A stretch of 60,599 bases of DNA from a virus (taxonomy: Duplodnaviria > Caudoviricetes): IMG/VR virus record IMGVR_UViG_3300048856_000135, positions 1-60,599 of that record. One strand, 5' to 3'. This document shows positions 17,866 to 27,840 of the stretch, one piece after another. The notes below the pieces were generated by a model. That model did not search any database and was not told where the DNA came from. It saw nothing but the letters and a program-made list of their open reading frames with translations. The first letter of the stretch is position 1, and each line of letters begins with the position of its first letter. The translations under genes were made by a program, and so were the position numbers.

Positions 17866-18524
17866 GTGTCCCAATGCTTGCAGGGCTACTGAAGCCGCGC
17901 GATATCAAGAAAGAAACCACTTACGACATTATTTTGCGTGCATGGCTGGAACATCAGGTTGATGAATTGCCTGAGCAATTACAAAATATGCTGAAGCGTT
18001 GGCAGAAAGCCGATAGCTTGCTTCGTGATGGTTACCTGGTTGTTAAGGGTGGTAAAGAGATCACACAACCTTATACATTCAACAAGCTTGCTGCCTACTT
18101 GGTGCAAGAATTTGGTGTATCATATCGTACCGCTTATGATGATATTGCCAACGCAAAGAAGTTCTTTCTCTCTACCTACTCGAAAGACGATCGCGATTTT
18201 GCGCGTGGGGTAATGATCGAGTGGGGCGAGCAAATGATGTTCGAAGCAAAAAGCCTTGGTGACTTCAAGAGTGCTGCTGCATTTTACAAAGCACTAGCCG
18301 AGATCAAGGGATTACTGAAGGAAGAGCAAGAACGTCCGGATTACGAAAACATCCACCTGCCATCATTCAACCTGGTGGTAGATCCTTCAGAACTTGGCTT
18401 CCCTAAAGTGGATGATCCGGAAGCAGCTGTTGCGCGTATCCTGGCTAAACGTAAAAAGAGTAAGATTGACATGATCATCTCGGAAAGTGAGTCCGTAAAC
18501 TATACTCAAGAGCATGGAGGTTAA
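17862..18524 (+). CDS. Probable terminase small subunit
   Basis: HTH-like LVQEFGVSYRTAYDDIANAK; helical; overlaps large subunit start. Confidence 0.6.
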   Translation: MSVPMLAGLLKPRDIKKETTYDIILRAWLEHQVDELPEQLQNMLKRWQKADSLLRDGYLVVKGGKEITQPYTFNKLAAYLVQEFGVSYRTAYDDIANAKKFFLSTYSKDDRDFARGVMIEWGEQMMFEAKSLGDFKSAAAFYKALAEIKGLLKEEQERPDYENIHLPSFNLVVDPSELGFPKVDDPEAAVARILAKRKKSKIDMIISESESVNYTQEHGG

Positions 18525-20199
18525 GAATATTTGGCTAAACAAGCCTCAAAAGCTTTCACAGCTGATCATGGCTCCGGAAGAATATGGCGTCTGGGGCCGT
18601 GCTACTGGTAAGACTGACGGTCCTATAGGTACACGCTCCGCGCACGGTGCCAATCAAATGCCACGAGGCACAACTGGCGTTATTGCACAAACCTATATGC
18701 AGCTGCTGGATCGTACGCTTCCACCACTATTTAAATCATGGGAGGCAAAAGGCTACCGCCGTGGCGTGCACTACTGGGTACGGGAGAAACCGCCTGCAAA
18801 GTTCGAGATTGATGATCCGATTTATAAGGCGCTAGATCCATCCCACTACATCTACTGGTATAACGGGCACGTATTCTACTTGGTTAGCCAGGACAGGCAG
18901 GGTTTGGCTAATGCCAAGTCCTTTGATGCAATTGTCAATGATGAGAACAAGTTCTTGAATCATGATCAGTACTTGGAAGAGGTTGTTCCGGCAAATCGCG
19001 GTAACGATGAACTTTTCGGGCACATGTGGGAACATCACATGGTTACCATGTATACCGACATGCCTACAACCAAGAAAGCGCGACACATCTTAGAGAAAGC
19101 CAAGCAGGTAGATATGGAGAAGGTTACCCTGATCATCACACTGCAGGTGGAATTCAATAAAATGAAAGCGGAATATGATCATCCGCGAACCACCAAGCCA
19201 CGTAAGGATTACCTGCACCGCAAGCTGTGCAACTACTATCTCGCCATCAATGAAATAAAGATGGGTGAAGTTAATGAAGATGGCGACCGGGAAAGTTTAG
19301 TCTGGTACTCTGAAGCTTCTACCCTGGATAACATACAGATCCTTGGCGAACGTAAGTTTCACCAGTGGTTACGGGAGTTGAAGGATCATGTGTTCGATAC
19401 CTCCATTCTTAACATGAAGAACCTTGCCGTTGAAGACGGCTTCTTTCATTTGCTGGATCCACAGGTACATTGTTATCATTCATACGACTACGATTACATT
19501 GATTCTCTCGGTTTGTACCTGCCTGAAGGGGTGGTGAAAGATTCCAGGAAAGATGCTGACCTGATTAAGAATAAGCCGCTGGACATCGCTTTCGACTACA
19601 ACGGTTCAATTAAATCTTTGGTGATTGGACAGGATTCGGCTAAGCATTACCGTATTGTGAAAAGCATGTTCGTGCTCGGTGCGGATAAGAAGATTCTTAG
19701 TGATTTGGTTGATGACTTTAAGAAGTATTACGAGCATTACCCCTGCAAGGTGGTGCACTACTACTTTGACAACACCGCTACTGCAGTAGCCGCGGATCGG
19801 CTTGAAAGCTACTCTCAGCAGATCATCAATCAACTTCGTGGCACCGATAACAACCGTGTTGCATGGCAAGTGATTGCTCACCACATCGGTGGGCAGCCTA
19901 ACCAGACCACCAGGTACCGCCTATGGGAATCTGTATTCAAGGAGCAGGATCCGCGGTTTAAACCGGTTAGGTTCAACCATGACAATGCGGAATCCGTACT
20001 GAACTCTATGCAGCTCACTGGTGCACGTCAGGTTGGCAACAATCTTTACGAGAAGGATAAACGCCCAGAGCGTTCAAAGCTGATTGCACCAGAGGATGCA
20101 CCGCACCTTGGCGATGCCTTCGAAACCCTGTACATTGGTCGCTTCAAGGAGGAATACGGCTACACCAGCAACCAAGAGATGGACATCATCATCGGATAA
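18514..20199 (+). CDS. terL: Terminase large subunit
   Basis: WGRATGKT Walker A, IVNDE Walker B, IAFDYN and HLGDAFE nuclease motifs. Confidence 0.85.
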   Translation: MEVKNIWLNKPQKLSQLIMAPEEYGVWGRATGKTDGPIGTRSAHGANQMPRGTTGVIAQTYMQLLDRTLPPLFKSWEAKGYRRGVHYWVREKPPAKFEIDDPIYKALDPSHYIYWYNGHVFYLVSQDRQGLANAKSFDAIVNDENKFLNHDQYLEEVVPANRGNDELFGHMWEHHMVTMYTDMPTTKKARHILEKAKQVDMEKVTLIITLQVEFNKMKAEYDHPRTTKPRKDYLHRKLCNYYLAINEIKMGEVNEDGDRESLVWYSEASTLDNIQILGERKFHQWLRELKDHVFDTSILNMKNLAVEDGFFHLLDPQVHCYHSYDYDYIDSLGLYLPEGVVKDSRKDADLIKNKPLDIAFDYNGSIKSLVIGQDSAKHYRIVKSMFVLGADKKILSDLVDDFKKYYEHYPCKVVHYYFDNTATAVAADRLESYSQQIINQLRGTDNNRVAWQVIAHHIGGQPNQTTRYRLWESVFKEQDPRFKPVRFNHDNAESVLNSMQLTGARQVGNNLYEKDKRPERSKLIAPEDAPHLGDAFETLYIGRFKEEYGYTSNQEMDIIIG

Positions 20200-20225
20200 A
20201 CGCACCACTTTCCCTATATCTACCT

Positions 20226-20264
20226 GCAAAACCACCTTTAATTAGCTTTAAAGGTGGTTTTTGC
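20226..20264 (+). terminator. Intrinsic terminator
   Basis: AAAACCACCTTTAA-ttagct-TTAAAGGTGGTTTTT. Confidence 0.8.
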
Positions 20265-20488
20265 GTTAAAAAGGCGCTATCATATATCCCCAAAGTCGGC
20301 CCGGGACTTTCCCTCCCCCCTCAGTGCGTGGCGTGCTCAATCGTGTGGCAGTGTAAGTGATTTTTCCTAAATGTTGGTTTTTGTGGTTGATTTTGAGCGC
20401 ATTAGCGTTTTTACCGCTTCATTGAAATGCGTTGAAAAATTTCAAGGAAAGTAAGCGCTTATAAAAGGTAGTTCCTATGCCCTTTACC

Positions 20489-20524
20489 TGTCCTTTCGCA
20501 CGCGCGTATATCTGGGGATTTTTG
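20489..20524 (+). promoter_or_regulatory. Putative late promoter, copy 3
   Basis: TGTCCTTT-N24-TTTG-N4-ATG(20529). Confidence 0.75.
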
Positions 20525-20528
20525 ATGC

Positions 20529-20834
20529 ATGGATGATATAATCAGAATTCCGGATATGTTGAATGTAATGAGCCAGCGAGATGCAAACGGCGAGTTCATT
20601 CCTTTCGGTTCAATCACCTGGGTAACTAACAGTCAGTCCCGGAACACGGGAGGCGAAAAGATCACGCTGGAAAATGCCGTGCTGGTTGGGAAACCGAGTA
20701 AGAACGATCGCAAATACAATCCACGTCACCATGCCAATTACACCCGTAACATCCGCGCTGTGGATGGAAATCGGATAATGAAAATAAAAGTCCTGCTGGT
20801 AACCCGGTTCATGGGCTTAACGACAACCCTATAA
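20529..20834 (+). CDS. Hypothetical phage protein
   Basis: NPRHHANYTRNI motif; directly before portal. Confidence 0.7.
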   Translation: MDDIIRIPDMLNVMSQRDANGEFIPFGSITWVTNSQSRNTGGEKITLENAVLVGKPSKNDRKYNPRHHANYTRNIRAVDGNRIMKIKVLLVTRFMGLTTTL

Positions 20835-20837
20835 TTT

Positions 20838-22196
20838 ATGAGTAGTACAGTTAATCAACTTGAGTTCCGCGGGGATGATGTAGCGATCTATAACGATATC
20901 ATTATCGATATGTGGACTCCGGACCCTGCCGTTCCGATGAAATCTCCGCGCCCGAGGGAAACCGGAAGCGTGGAATATTCTCCTTGGGGGGAAGGAAACG
21001 ACTTTCCTCAACAGACCATCGCGAAAGTGGAAGCAGATACCGAACTCGGTGCTTTGCTCAATTGGCTAGGCCGATTGCTGCAAGGCAAGCAGGTTGTTGC
21101 GATGCAGGAAGTGTGGAATGAGGAGAAGAAAAAGTTCGACATTGTAGAGGTTAAGGATCAGGAAATAAAAGATTTTCTTTCCAGCATCAGCTGGAAACGG
21201 TACTGGCGGGAAGCATGTGTGGATTTTACCTGGTTCCAGAACATATTTCCAAATATGTTCAAGAGCAAAGACGGAAAGTCTATCGCTACAATATCCTGCC
21301 ATCACGCCGCCTGGACAAGGCTAGGCAAAATGAATGGAAGCGGCACAGTAGAGAAAGCATACGTTTCGGCTATGTGGCCGGATGCAAAGGTAGGTGATGA
21401 ATACACCCAGGAACATAAGGTTGTAGATCCTTATGATGCATCGCTGATCGAAAACCTTAAGGCAGACACGAAACTTACCAGGTTCATTTACCCTGTTAAC
21501 TACCCTTCACCGGGGAAGGCTTATTACTCCCTTTCACCTTGGATTGCATTCATAAATTCCGACTGGTATAAGATCAAGAATCTCATTCCGAAGTGGAAGC
21601 TCAGGTTTATGGAGCGCCTTTTATCGGCAGCCAAACTCCTCACCATCCATCCAAACTACTGGCGTACGGCCTATAAAGATTGGGATGCCTTGGGCAGAGA
21701 TGAGCAGCTTATACTAAAAAAAGCCAAGGTTAAGGAGATCAGCGCGAGTTTGAGCGGCATTGAAGGTGCCGGGGCAACCATCCTTACCGAAATGGTTACC
21801 GATAACGACGGAAAACCTGTTCCCGGATTCACACTGACGAGCATTGAAAGCGGATTTAAGGACGGACAAAACCTTGAAGATTCGCAAGAAGCTTCGCAAC
21901 ACTTGATGCGAGCAATGAACGTGGATCCTACGCTAGTCGGTAATGGTCCGGGCAGAGGTAAAGACGCTGGCTCTGGCTCGGATAAGCGGATTGCCATGAA
22001 CATCGCTACAGCTATCCTTACACCTTATCGCGACGTGATCCTCGAACCTTTAGTGCTGAAGGCTATGTACGACGGGTGGAAAGATCGTATTCAAAATCTA
22101 TTCTTCTCCGTGGTTGAAGTTGATCTGCAAACCCTCGACGAAGGCTCAACCTCTAAAGATTCTATCGCTGTAAACACTCAACCTACCTCGAAATAA
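20838..22196 (+). CDS. Portal protein
   Basis: PWGEGNDFP, YPSPGKAYYSLSPW, VDPTLVG, SGSDKR motifs; 452 aa downstream of terL. Confidence 0.75.
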   Translation: MSSTVNQLEFRGDDVAIYNDIIIDMWTPDPAVPMKSPRPRETGSVEYSPWGEGNDFPQQTIAKVEADTELGALLNWLGRLLQGKQVVAMQEVWNEEKKKFDIVEVKDQEIKDFLSSISWKRYWREACVDFTWFQNIFPNMFKSKDGKSIATISCHHAAWTRLGKMNGSGTVEKAYVSAMWPDAKVGDEYTQEHKVVDPYDASLIENLKADTKLTRFIYPVNYPSPGKAYYSLSPWIAFINSDWYKIKNLIPKWKLRFMERLLSAAKLLTIHPNYWRTAYKDWDALGRDEQLILKKAKVKEISASLSGIEGAGATILTEMVTDNDGKPVPGFTLTSIESGFKDGQNLEDSQEASQHLMRAMNVDPTLVGNGPGRGKDAGSGSDKRIAMNIATAILTPYRDVILEPLVLKAMYDGWKDRIQNLFFSVVEVDLQTLDEGSTSKDSIAVNTQPTSK

Positions 22197-23161
22197 TGGC
22201 ACTACTCGACACTATACTTGACATTAAACGTCACAACAGCGCTATATCCGCCAATATTAGACTTGACAACCTACAATCTTTCATTGATGAGGGGCTAGAC
22301 CGACATGTTTACCACGCCATCGGTTATGATCAGGTTACAGAGCTAATCACCGCAAAACAAACTGCTACACCTAAACAAAAGCGTGTGCTGGATCTACTGC
22401 AGAAAGCTACTGTAGCCTTTATGGTCTACTACTGGGCGGATCAGGGTGCAGTACAGTTCAGTGATCTGGGCATCCACGTAGCAAAGGATAATACCAAGCT
22501 ACCGGCTTCCGATAAGAAGATCATCGCACTTAAAAAGCAGAATATATCTTCCGGATACACGGCACTTGAAACCGCTGTTTCTTTCTTGGAGGACAATATT
22601 AACGACTTCCCTATCTACAAGGGAAGCGCTGAGCACGAAAGCAACCGTGCGCTGCTGATCAATACCGCTACGGAATTTCAAGGATCTGGAGTGAATATCA
22701 ACCAGGATGCCCGATTGTATGCGACACTTCGCACGTATCAGGAAACCATCGAATCTACCTACATCGAACCGGTGCTCCTATACGACATCAAAGAGGCATT
22801 GCATCAGGCTATTATGAATAACAGCCTATCTCCTGAGCAGCAACAATTGCTCAAGAGGGTTCGTAAGGCTGTTGCCGCCTTTACCATGGCAGAGGCCATA
22901 CCTTATATGGTGCTGAGCATGGATGCATCCGGTATCTTCCAGCTGAGCGAGACTGTCGGCGGTATCTCCGGTAACGTGGAAAACCGATCATCCGCCAGCG
23001 ACAAGCGGCTTGCTATAGCAATGAACCGCTACCAGATGAGCGCTGAGCAACACCTCGAAGTTGTACGCAAATACCTGGTTTCTCACCGGGAGCAATTCGG
23101 CTACACTGCCGCTGAGTCAATCAACATCAACGACAATTATCAAAACGTATTTTATCTATGA
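22196..23161 (+). CDS. Head-tail adaptor-like protein (DUF6712-like, internally duplicated)
   Basis: Two similar halves (LQKATVAFM / VRKAVAAFT); follows portal. Confidence 0.6.
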   Translation: MALLDTILDIKRHNSAISANIRLDNLQSFIDEGLDRHVYHAIGYDQVTELITAKQTATPKQKRVLDLLQKATVAFMVYYWADQGAVQFSDLGIHVAKDNTKLPASDKKIIALKKQNISSGYTALETAVSFLEDNINDFPIYKGSAEHESNRALLINTATEFQGSGVNINQDARLYATLRTYQETIESTYIEPVLLYDIKEALHQAIMNNSLSPEQQQLLKRVRKAVAAFTMAEAIPYMVLSMDASGIFQLSETVGGISGNVENRSSASDKRLAIAMNRYQMSAEQHLEVVRKYLVSHREQFGYTAAESININDNYQNVFYL

Positions 23162-23703
23162 GACAAGAAGGATTTAAACTGAGCGTAGAAGCTACGCCTG
23201 CAGCAATTATATCGTATGCACGCTGGTACATCGGCAGATTAGAGAAAAAAGGAAACGCAGGATTTCAGGATCCGAAGTTCGAAAAGGAAATGGCTGATGC
23301 TGGATGGCGCAAGGGTGATGCCTGGTGTGCAACCTTCGCCAAAATGGTGTGGCGTAAAGCTTTCGACGGCGACTTGCTGATCGCGATAAACAGGAGCCTT
23401 AACCCGGGTGCAAAAGCATCTGCAGATAACATGCGAAAGGCTGGAAAACTTGAGACCGGTACCGTTCCTGAACCAGGTGCAATTGTGATCTGGCAGCATG
23501 GCTATGGTCCAGCCGGACACGCAGGTATTGTAGAAAAGGTGGATTTTAAAACCAACACAATGCACTGCATCGAAGGCAACACCAATGCGTCAGGTTCCCG
23601 TGAAGGTGACCGCGTTGCTGCCAAGCCACGCACGATTACCCGTCCTTTCACTAAAGATGGTCTGAACGTCTATTTGTACATATATCCAAGGCTAAAGAAA
23701 TAA
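23158..23703 (+). CDS. CHAP-domain endolysin
   Basis: DAWCATF...PGAIVIW...GHAGIV...IEGNT catalytic Cys/His. Confidence 0.88.
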   Translation: MRQEGFKLSVEATPAAIISYARWYIGRLEKKGNAGFQDPKFEKEMADAGWRKGDAWCATFAKMVWRKAFDGDLLIAINRSLNPGAKASADNMRKAGKLETGTVPEPGAIVIWQHGYGPAGHAGIVEKVDFKTNTMHCIEGNTNASGSREGDRVAAKPRTITRPFTKDGLNVYLYIYPRLKK

Positions 23704-24047
23704 TGAAGGTAGACGCGAATGAAAAGGAATTGTCTGTGTGGGGTTTCGCTGGCGGATTAAGAACAGGACTGATCACTTTCATTCTTGCACTGCTAATCAT
23801 GTCAAACATTTACCTGTACATCGACCGGGCACGTGCCGACAAAGAAAAGGCGTTGTCGGAAGCTGAAAAATTGATCCTGCAGGAAAAGCTTTATGAGCGA
23901 ATGATTCAGTACATCAAGCCGACGACCGACCGCATGAATACTGTGGCTGACAAGGTAGATACCGCGGCCACCAGGGCAATCAATAGCGCTAACGCGGTTG
24001 ATAGCATAACCAATAGAAACAACAAGCCTAAACCCCTTAAAAGATGA
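23703..24047 (+). CDS. Single-TM lysis-module protein (holin/antiholin or spanin-like)
   Basis: One N-terminal TM followed by coiled coil, next to endolysin. Confidence 0.55.
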   Translation: MKVDANEKELSVWGFAGGLRTGLITFILALLIMSNIYLYIDRARADKEKALSEAEKLILQEKLYERMIQYIKPTTDRMNTVADKVDTAATRAINSANAVDSITNRNNKPKPLKR

Positions 24048-24223
24048 AAGCATTTGTAGCACTTCTTATTGTCGTTTTCCTTTTTACCGGTGCAAAACCT
24101 GCGAGCAAGTCTTCAGCGATTAAGCCAGTAGATCACCTGGACAGATACGAGCATCTTCCTGAGCGCCTTGATCAGTTGTCTGAAAAAATGGAATCGGTAT
24201 CCAACAAAGTAAAATCCCTGTAA
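24044..24223 (+). CDS. 59-aa exported/membrane peptide, absent from ORF track
   Basis: MKAFVALLIVVFLFTGAKP...; ATGA overlap upstream, ends 1 nt before next ATG. Confidence 0.65.
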   Translation: MKAFVALLIVVFLFTGAKPASKSSAIKPVDHLDRYEHLPERLDQLSEKMESVSNKVKSL

Positions 24224-24224
24224 C

Positions 24225-24803
24225 ATGAAAAAGCTTATAAAATCTGTTTTGATGGTTTGCGCCATCCCGATGATCATCTGCAGCTGTAGCGTGATGAAAC
24301 ATAAGAAGGAAAGCCATACGGCAAGTTCCACCGCCATTACCCAGGGATCATCTTCCAGTGCTGCTTCATTGGATACTTCCAAGACCACCACCAATGAGTA
24401 CCTGAGAATTTTCTTTCCAGGAGCAAAGCTGAATACACAGCCAACAGCCCAAACGTTTTTGCCGCTGATAATGCCGGATCTCTCTGGTGCTAGCGATGAG
24501 CAGCGCCAAGCGGCTATTGAGATGCAAACACAATTTAATGAACTTCGAAATGCTTTTAATAGCCAGGGTGAAGCGTTAAGTGCTGCACGTGCAGGAGAAT
24601 CAGGCTTTCTGCTGGAATTGATGAGGCAGAAGCAGGAAAACTCCGGTAAATCCACCAGCGAGCAAAAGCAGGATAGCACCAATTATAAGCATACCGAGCA
24701 GCAGGATACCCAGGAAAAGGATAAAACTGAAAGGTTCAGTGGCTGGCAGCTTATCGCAATTCTTGGAATAATAGCTTATGTGGTTACCAAAGTTTTCAAA
24801 TAA
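24225..24803 (+). CDS. Lipoprotein with C-terminal TM, unimolecular-spanin architecture
   Basis: Lipobox-like IICSC and C-terminal WQLIAILGIIAYVVTKVF. Confidence 0.65.
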   Translation: MKKLIKSVLMVCAIPMIICSCSVMKHKKESHTASSTAITQGSSSSAASLDTSKTTTNEYLRIFFPGAKLNTQPTAQTFLPLIMPDLSGASDEQRQAAIEMQTQFNELRNAFNSQGEALSAARAGESGFLLELMRQKQENSGKSTSEQKQDSTNYKHTEQQDTQEKDKTERFSGWQLIAILGIIAYVVTKVFK

Positions 24804-25561
24804 TGCACAAGATCTACATCGACCGGGTGCTGAAAGAAGCGCCATCGGCGTGGCACGAACTGACCGCTGATCAGCTGATCATCTGGATGAAAATCTGCGC
24901 GAAAGATATCGGCATTGAGAAAGCATTGATGTTTGCAAGTTCGGTGTTCCTTGGCCTCCCAAAACGGGAATACTTTAAACTGAATGCAGCACAGCAGATC
25001 CAGCTTGCAGATCAATTTAAGTACCTACTGGATAACAAGCTTTTTGCCTGGTTAATTCCAGTGATCAAAGTTGGCCTGCTTGGAAAATTTCACGGCCCGA
25101 AGGATCACCTGCACACCTCCACCATTGAAGAGTTTAATGCCGCTGAAAGCTATTTCCACGAATATCAAAGAACCGGCAAAGAAGCCTTCCTTGATATGCT
25201 AATTGCAGTGCTATACCGGCCAATTTCCAAACACAACAACGGAAAGGATGAGCGCAAGAACTTTACTGAGATTGATGTGATCCGCAATGCTCCTCGCATG
25301 CGCAAACTGGATAAGCACCTAAGAGCAGCGATCCTTTTTAATTTCGAAGGCTGCAGGCGGCACGTTGTGTCCTGGTACCCGACCATTTTCATCCCGGGCA
25401 AAGAAGGCGAAAAATCAAAATTTACCAACCTGACACCGCTGATCAAGACCGTAGCCGGTGGAACCGGAAAGTTCGGATCCTTCAGGGAAACGGAGCAAAC
25501 CAATTTATACCTCTTTTTAGACCATCTGCGTGATGAGATAGAGGAATCAAACCGAAAGTAA
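24803..25561 (+). CDS. Tail assembly chaperone-like protein
   Basis: PSAWHELT, LIAVLYRP, FGSFRETEQTNLYLFL patterns; tail operon. Confidence 0.5.
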   Translation: MHKIYIDRVLKEAPSAWHELTADQLIIWMKICAKDIGIEKALMFASSVFLGLPKREYFKLNAAQQIQLADQFKYLLDNKLFAWLIPVIKVGLLGKFHGPKDHLHTSTIEEFNAAESYFHEYQRTGKEAFLDMLIAVLYRPISKHNNGKDERKNFTEIDVIRNAPRMRKLDKHLRAAILFNFEGCRRHVVSWYPTIFIPGKEGEKSKFTNLTPLIKTVAGGTGKFGSFRETEQTNLYLFLDHLRDEIEESNRK

Positions 25562-26076
25562 TGTTAACAGAAGATCAATTCATCAGCTATTTTGAAAAGC
25601 TTGCCAATGCACACCGCACGATTGCGCACAACCTTGATGGTCAGCAATCCTTTTTTGAGGTCGAGGATCCCGATGAGCTGAGCGCGTTTAATGAAGCGCT
25701 TCGCTATGCCACCGGATCTACCGTGATGCTGCTAGTTGCAGGTGAAGGCGAACTGGATGATAACAATTCTGAAAATCATGTTCAGGTTGTGGACTTCCAG
25801 ATATACATACTGCAGAAAAAGGAAACCGATGTTAAAACCTCGGATATCCGATCAGTGTGCATTGAAGTAATAAAATCAATAGTTGGACGCACAAAGCATG
25901 ATTGCCGTAGAGGAAGAATTGTGCCAGGTAAGTCCGTCAATTTTCGAATTGAGAATGTTCCCATCCGGATGGTTGGACCCATTGAACTAAACTGGTACGG
26001 TTACACAACACAGCTGTCGTTTACCTGTCCTTTTGGTTGGAGCGTGGATTCCGGAACTTGGACAGATATTCCATAA
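25561..26076 (+). CDS. Tail terminator/completion-like protein
   Basis: 171 aa; size, position and alpha/beta pattern. Confidence 0.45.
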   Translation: MLTEDQFISYFEKLANAHRTIAHNLDGQQSFFEVEDPDELSAFNEALRYATGSTVMLLVAGEGELDDNNSENHVQVVDFQIYILQKKETDVKTSDIRSVCIEVIKSIVGRTKHDCRRGRIVPGKSVNFRIENVPIRMVGPIELNWYGYTTQLSFTCPFGWSVDSGTWTDIP

Positions 26077-26082
26077 CAGTCC

Positions 26083-27840
26083 ATGAGTGTAAGTTTAACC
26101 TTAAGTCCCCCCCCATTTGCTTTCAGTGGTGATAAAATCACAGCAGGGTTCACCTGTACCAGTTTAAATGAACAGGACGGGGAAAGTTCGGTGAACGAAC
26201 TATCTATCAAATATCCGCTAAGCATCGGAGCAACATTGGTTATCGCTTACGGACAAAAAACAACAACACTGGTAGTATCTGCCGGGCCTGATAACGATGG
26301 AACCTTTATTCTTCCTTCCATTACAAACAACACCATGTTCATCGCGTGGGTACGCTCAAACTATGATCTAAGCACAGACTTTGATTTTCAAGAAGTGGCC
26401 GGCCGAGTGCGTTTCATCTCAAAAGAGAAAACCACCGGCTTCGATATGCTGCCTTTTGTAAATGATACTTTCAATCTGCAGAATATCAATACAGGCAAAA
26501 GAGAACGTCCGAAGGCGAATTATAAGATAGCATTCAGGTTATTTATCGAAAACATTGCTAATGATGGGTATGACCTTATCTATGACGCTCCCCTTTCGGT
26601 ACGCTATGGTAGTGCCGGAAAAGCTGAGGCATTCATCGGCGATAAGCTAAACGCTGTGATCAGCAATGACATTCGCAACCTGTTGCCAGAACGGCCCGGA
26701 ACTGACCCTTTGCTTTGCGCAGTAAGCTGTAGGAGGTATTATTTTGAGTTTGCGGAAAGTTATGGCGATCCAAGCAGGAACTACAGAAATCAGCGCTCAC
26801 CGGTATACACCGTAATCCAAGGTGGCTTAAGCTTTTTAGGTCAAAAGACGAAATCATTGCAGGAGTTGGTTGCTCCAGCTCTACCTGAGACTGATCGGTT
26901 CTTGAAGCAGGGAACAACTCAGCTTATCACCCGGTATGATTCGCCACAGTACCTTTATTTTTTCAACGCACGTGCAGATCGCAACCTAAAGATGTTCTGC
27001 CAGCTTTACTTCAGCGATGGCACCAGTTCACTGATCATTCCTTATACCCTTTCAGCCAAGGCCCTAAGGAAATACGCGTTTAATGTTTCTGTACAGCAGA
27101 TATTCATTCCTGAGAATTACCCGGGGAAGATCCTAAGCAGCTTCAGTGTATTTCTAAAGAACGATGCGCTGCAGCCTGTTAGTGAAACGATCACCTACAC
27201 CATCGACTACCAGTATAAGCGGTTTATAAGAACCTTTATGAATTGGAGCAGCTGGGGAACCTTCGACACCAGATACTTTTACGGGATGGGCGCTATGGAG
27301 TTCGACCAGGTGCAGCAGGTTGCTGAACGTGCTGTGCTGGCGGGCGAATCGATCATGAAAGGGAAATCTATGGTCTATGATATTACCCTGCAGACTAAGT
27401 TCTCCCTAAGTACAGGTTTTACCACCCGAAAAAATTTGCTCTTCAATAAGGATTTCTTTGCCTCAGCGCTAAAGTATCGGTTTGTAAATGGTCAATACCT
27501 GCCTATTCAGGTAACCTCCAAATCAATCCCTGAAGTTAATGATGAGGAAAATGGCAAGTATGCCCAGCGGTTCGAGTATCAGTATCTATTCGATGACAGC
27601 GCCTATACAGAGCTTGATTTTGACGAATCCGCGCCTGACAATGTTCCCCCTGGTGCCGGTGGATTACCTCCGGGCACAATCAATCCCGGTAGTGGTGGTA
27701 TTGTAAAGATCATCAACCAGAACAATGAAGTAATCCAGTCTATTGCTGCCCCCGGTGAATACAAAGTTATTCAGTTCTCAGGCATCATCGATGATGGTAA
27801 TGGCAACTATACAGATTCAATAATCGACAACTCAATATGA
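26083..27840 (+). CDS. Tail tip/baseplate structural protein
   Basis: FMNWSSWGTFDT and LSTGF motifs; beta-rich; tail operon. Confidence 0.6.
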   Translation: MSVSLTLSPPPFAFSGDKITAGFTCTSLNEQDGESSVNELSIKYPLSIGATLVIAYGQKTTTLVVSAGPDNDGTFILPSITNNTMFIAWVRSNYDLSTDFDFQEVAGRVRFISKEKTTGFDMLPFVNDTFNLQNINTGKRERPKANYKIAFRLFIENIANDGYDLIYDAPLSVRYGSAGKAEAFIGDKLNAVISNDIRNLLPERPGTDPLLCAVSCRRYYFEFAESYGDPSRNYRNQRSPVYTVIQGGLSFLGQKTKSLQELVAPALPETDRFLKQGTTQLITRYDSPQYLYFFNARADRNLKMFCQLYFSDGTSSLIIPYTLSAKALRKYAFNVSVQQIFIPENYPGKILSSFSVFLKNDALQPVSETITYTIDYQYKRFIRTFMNWSSWGTFDTRYFYGMGAMEFDQVQQVAERAVLAGESIMKGKSMVYDITLQTKFSLSTGFTTRKNLLFNKDFFASALKYRFVNGQYLPIQVTSKSIPEVNDEENGKYAQRFEYQYLFDDSAYTELDFDESAPDNVPPGAGGLPPGTINPGSGGIVKIINQNNEVIQSIAAPGEYKVIQFSGIIDDGNGNYTDSIIDNSI

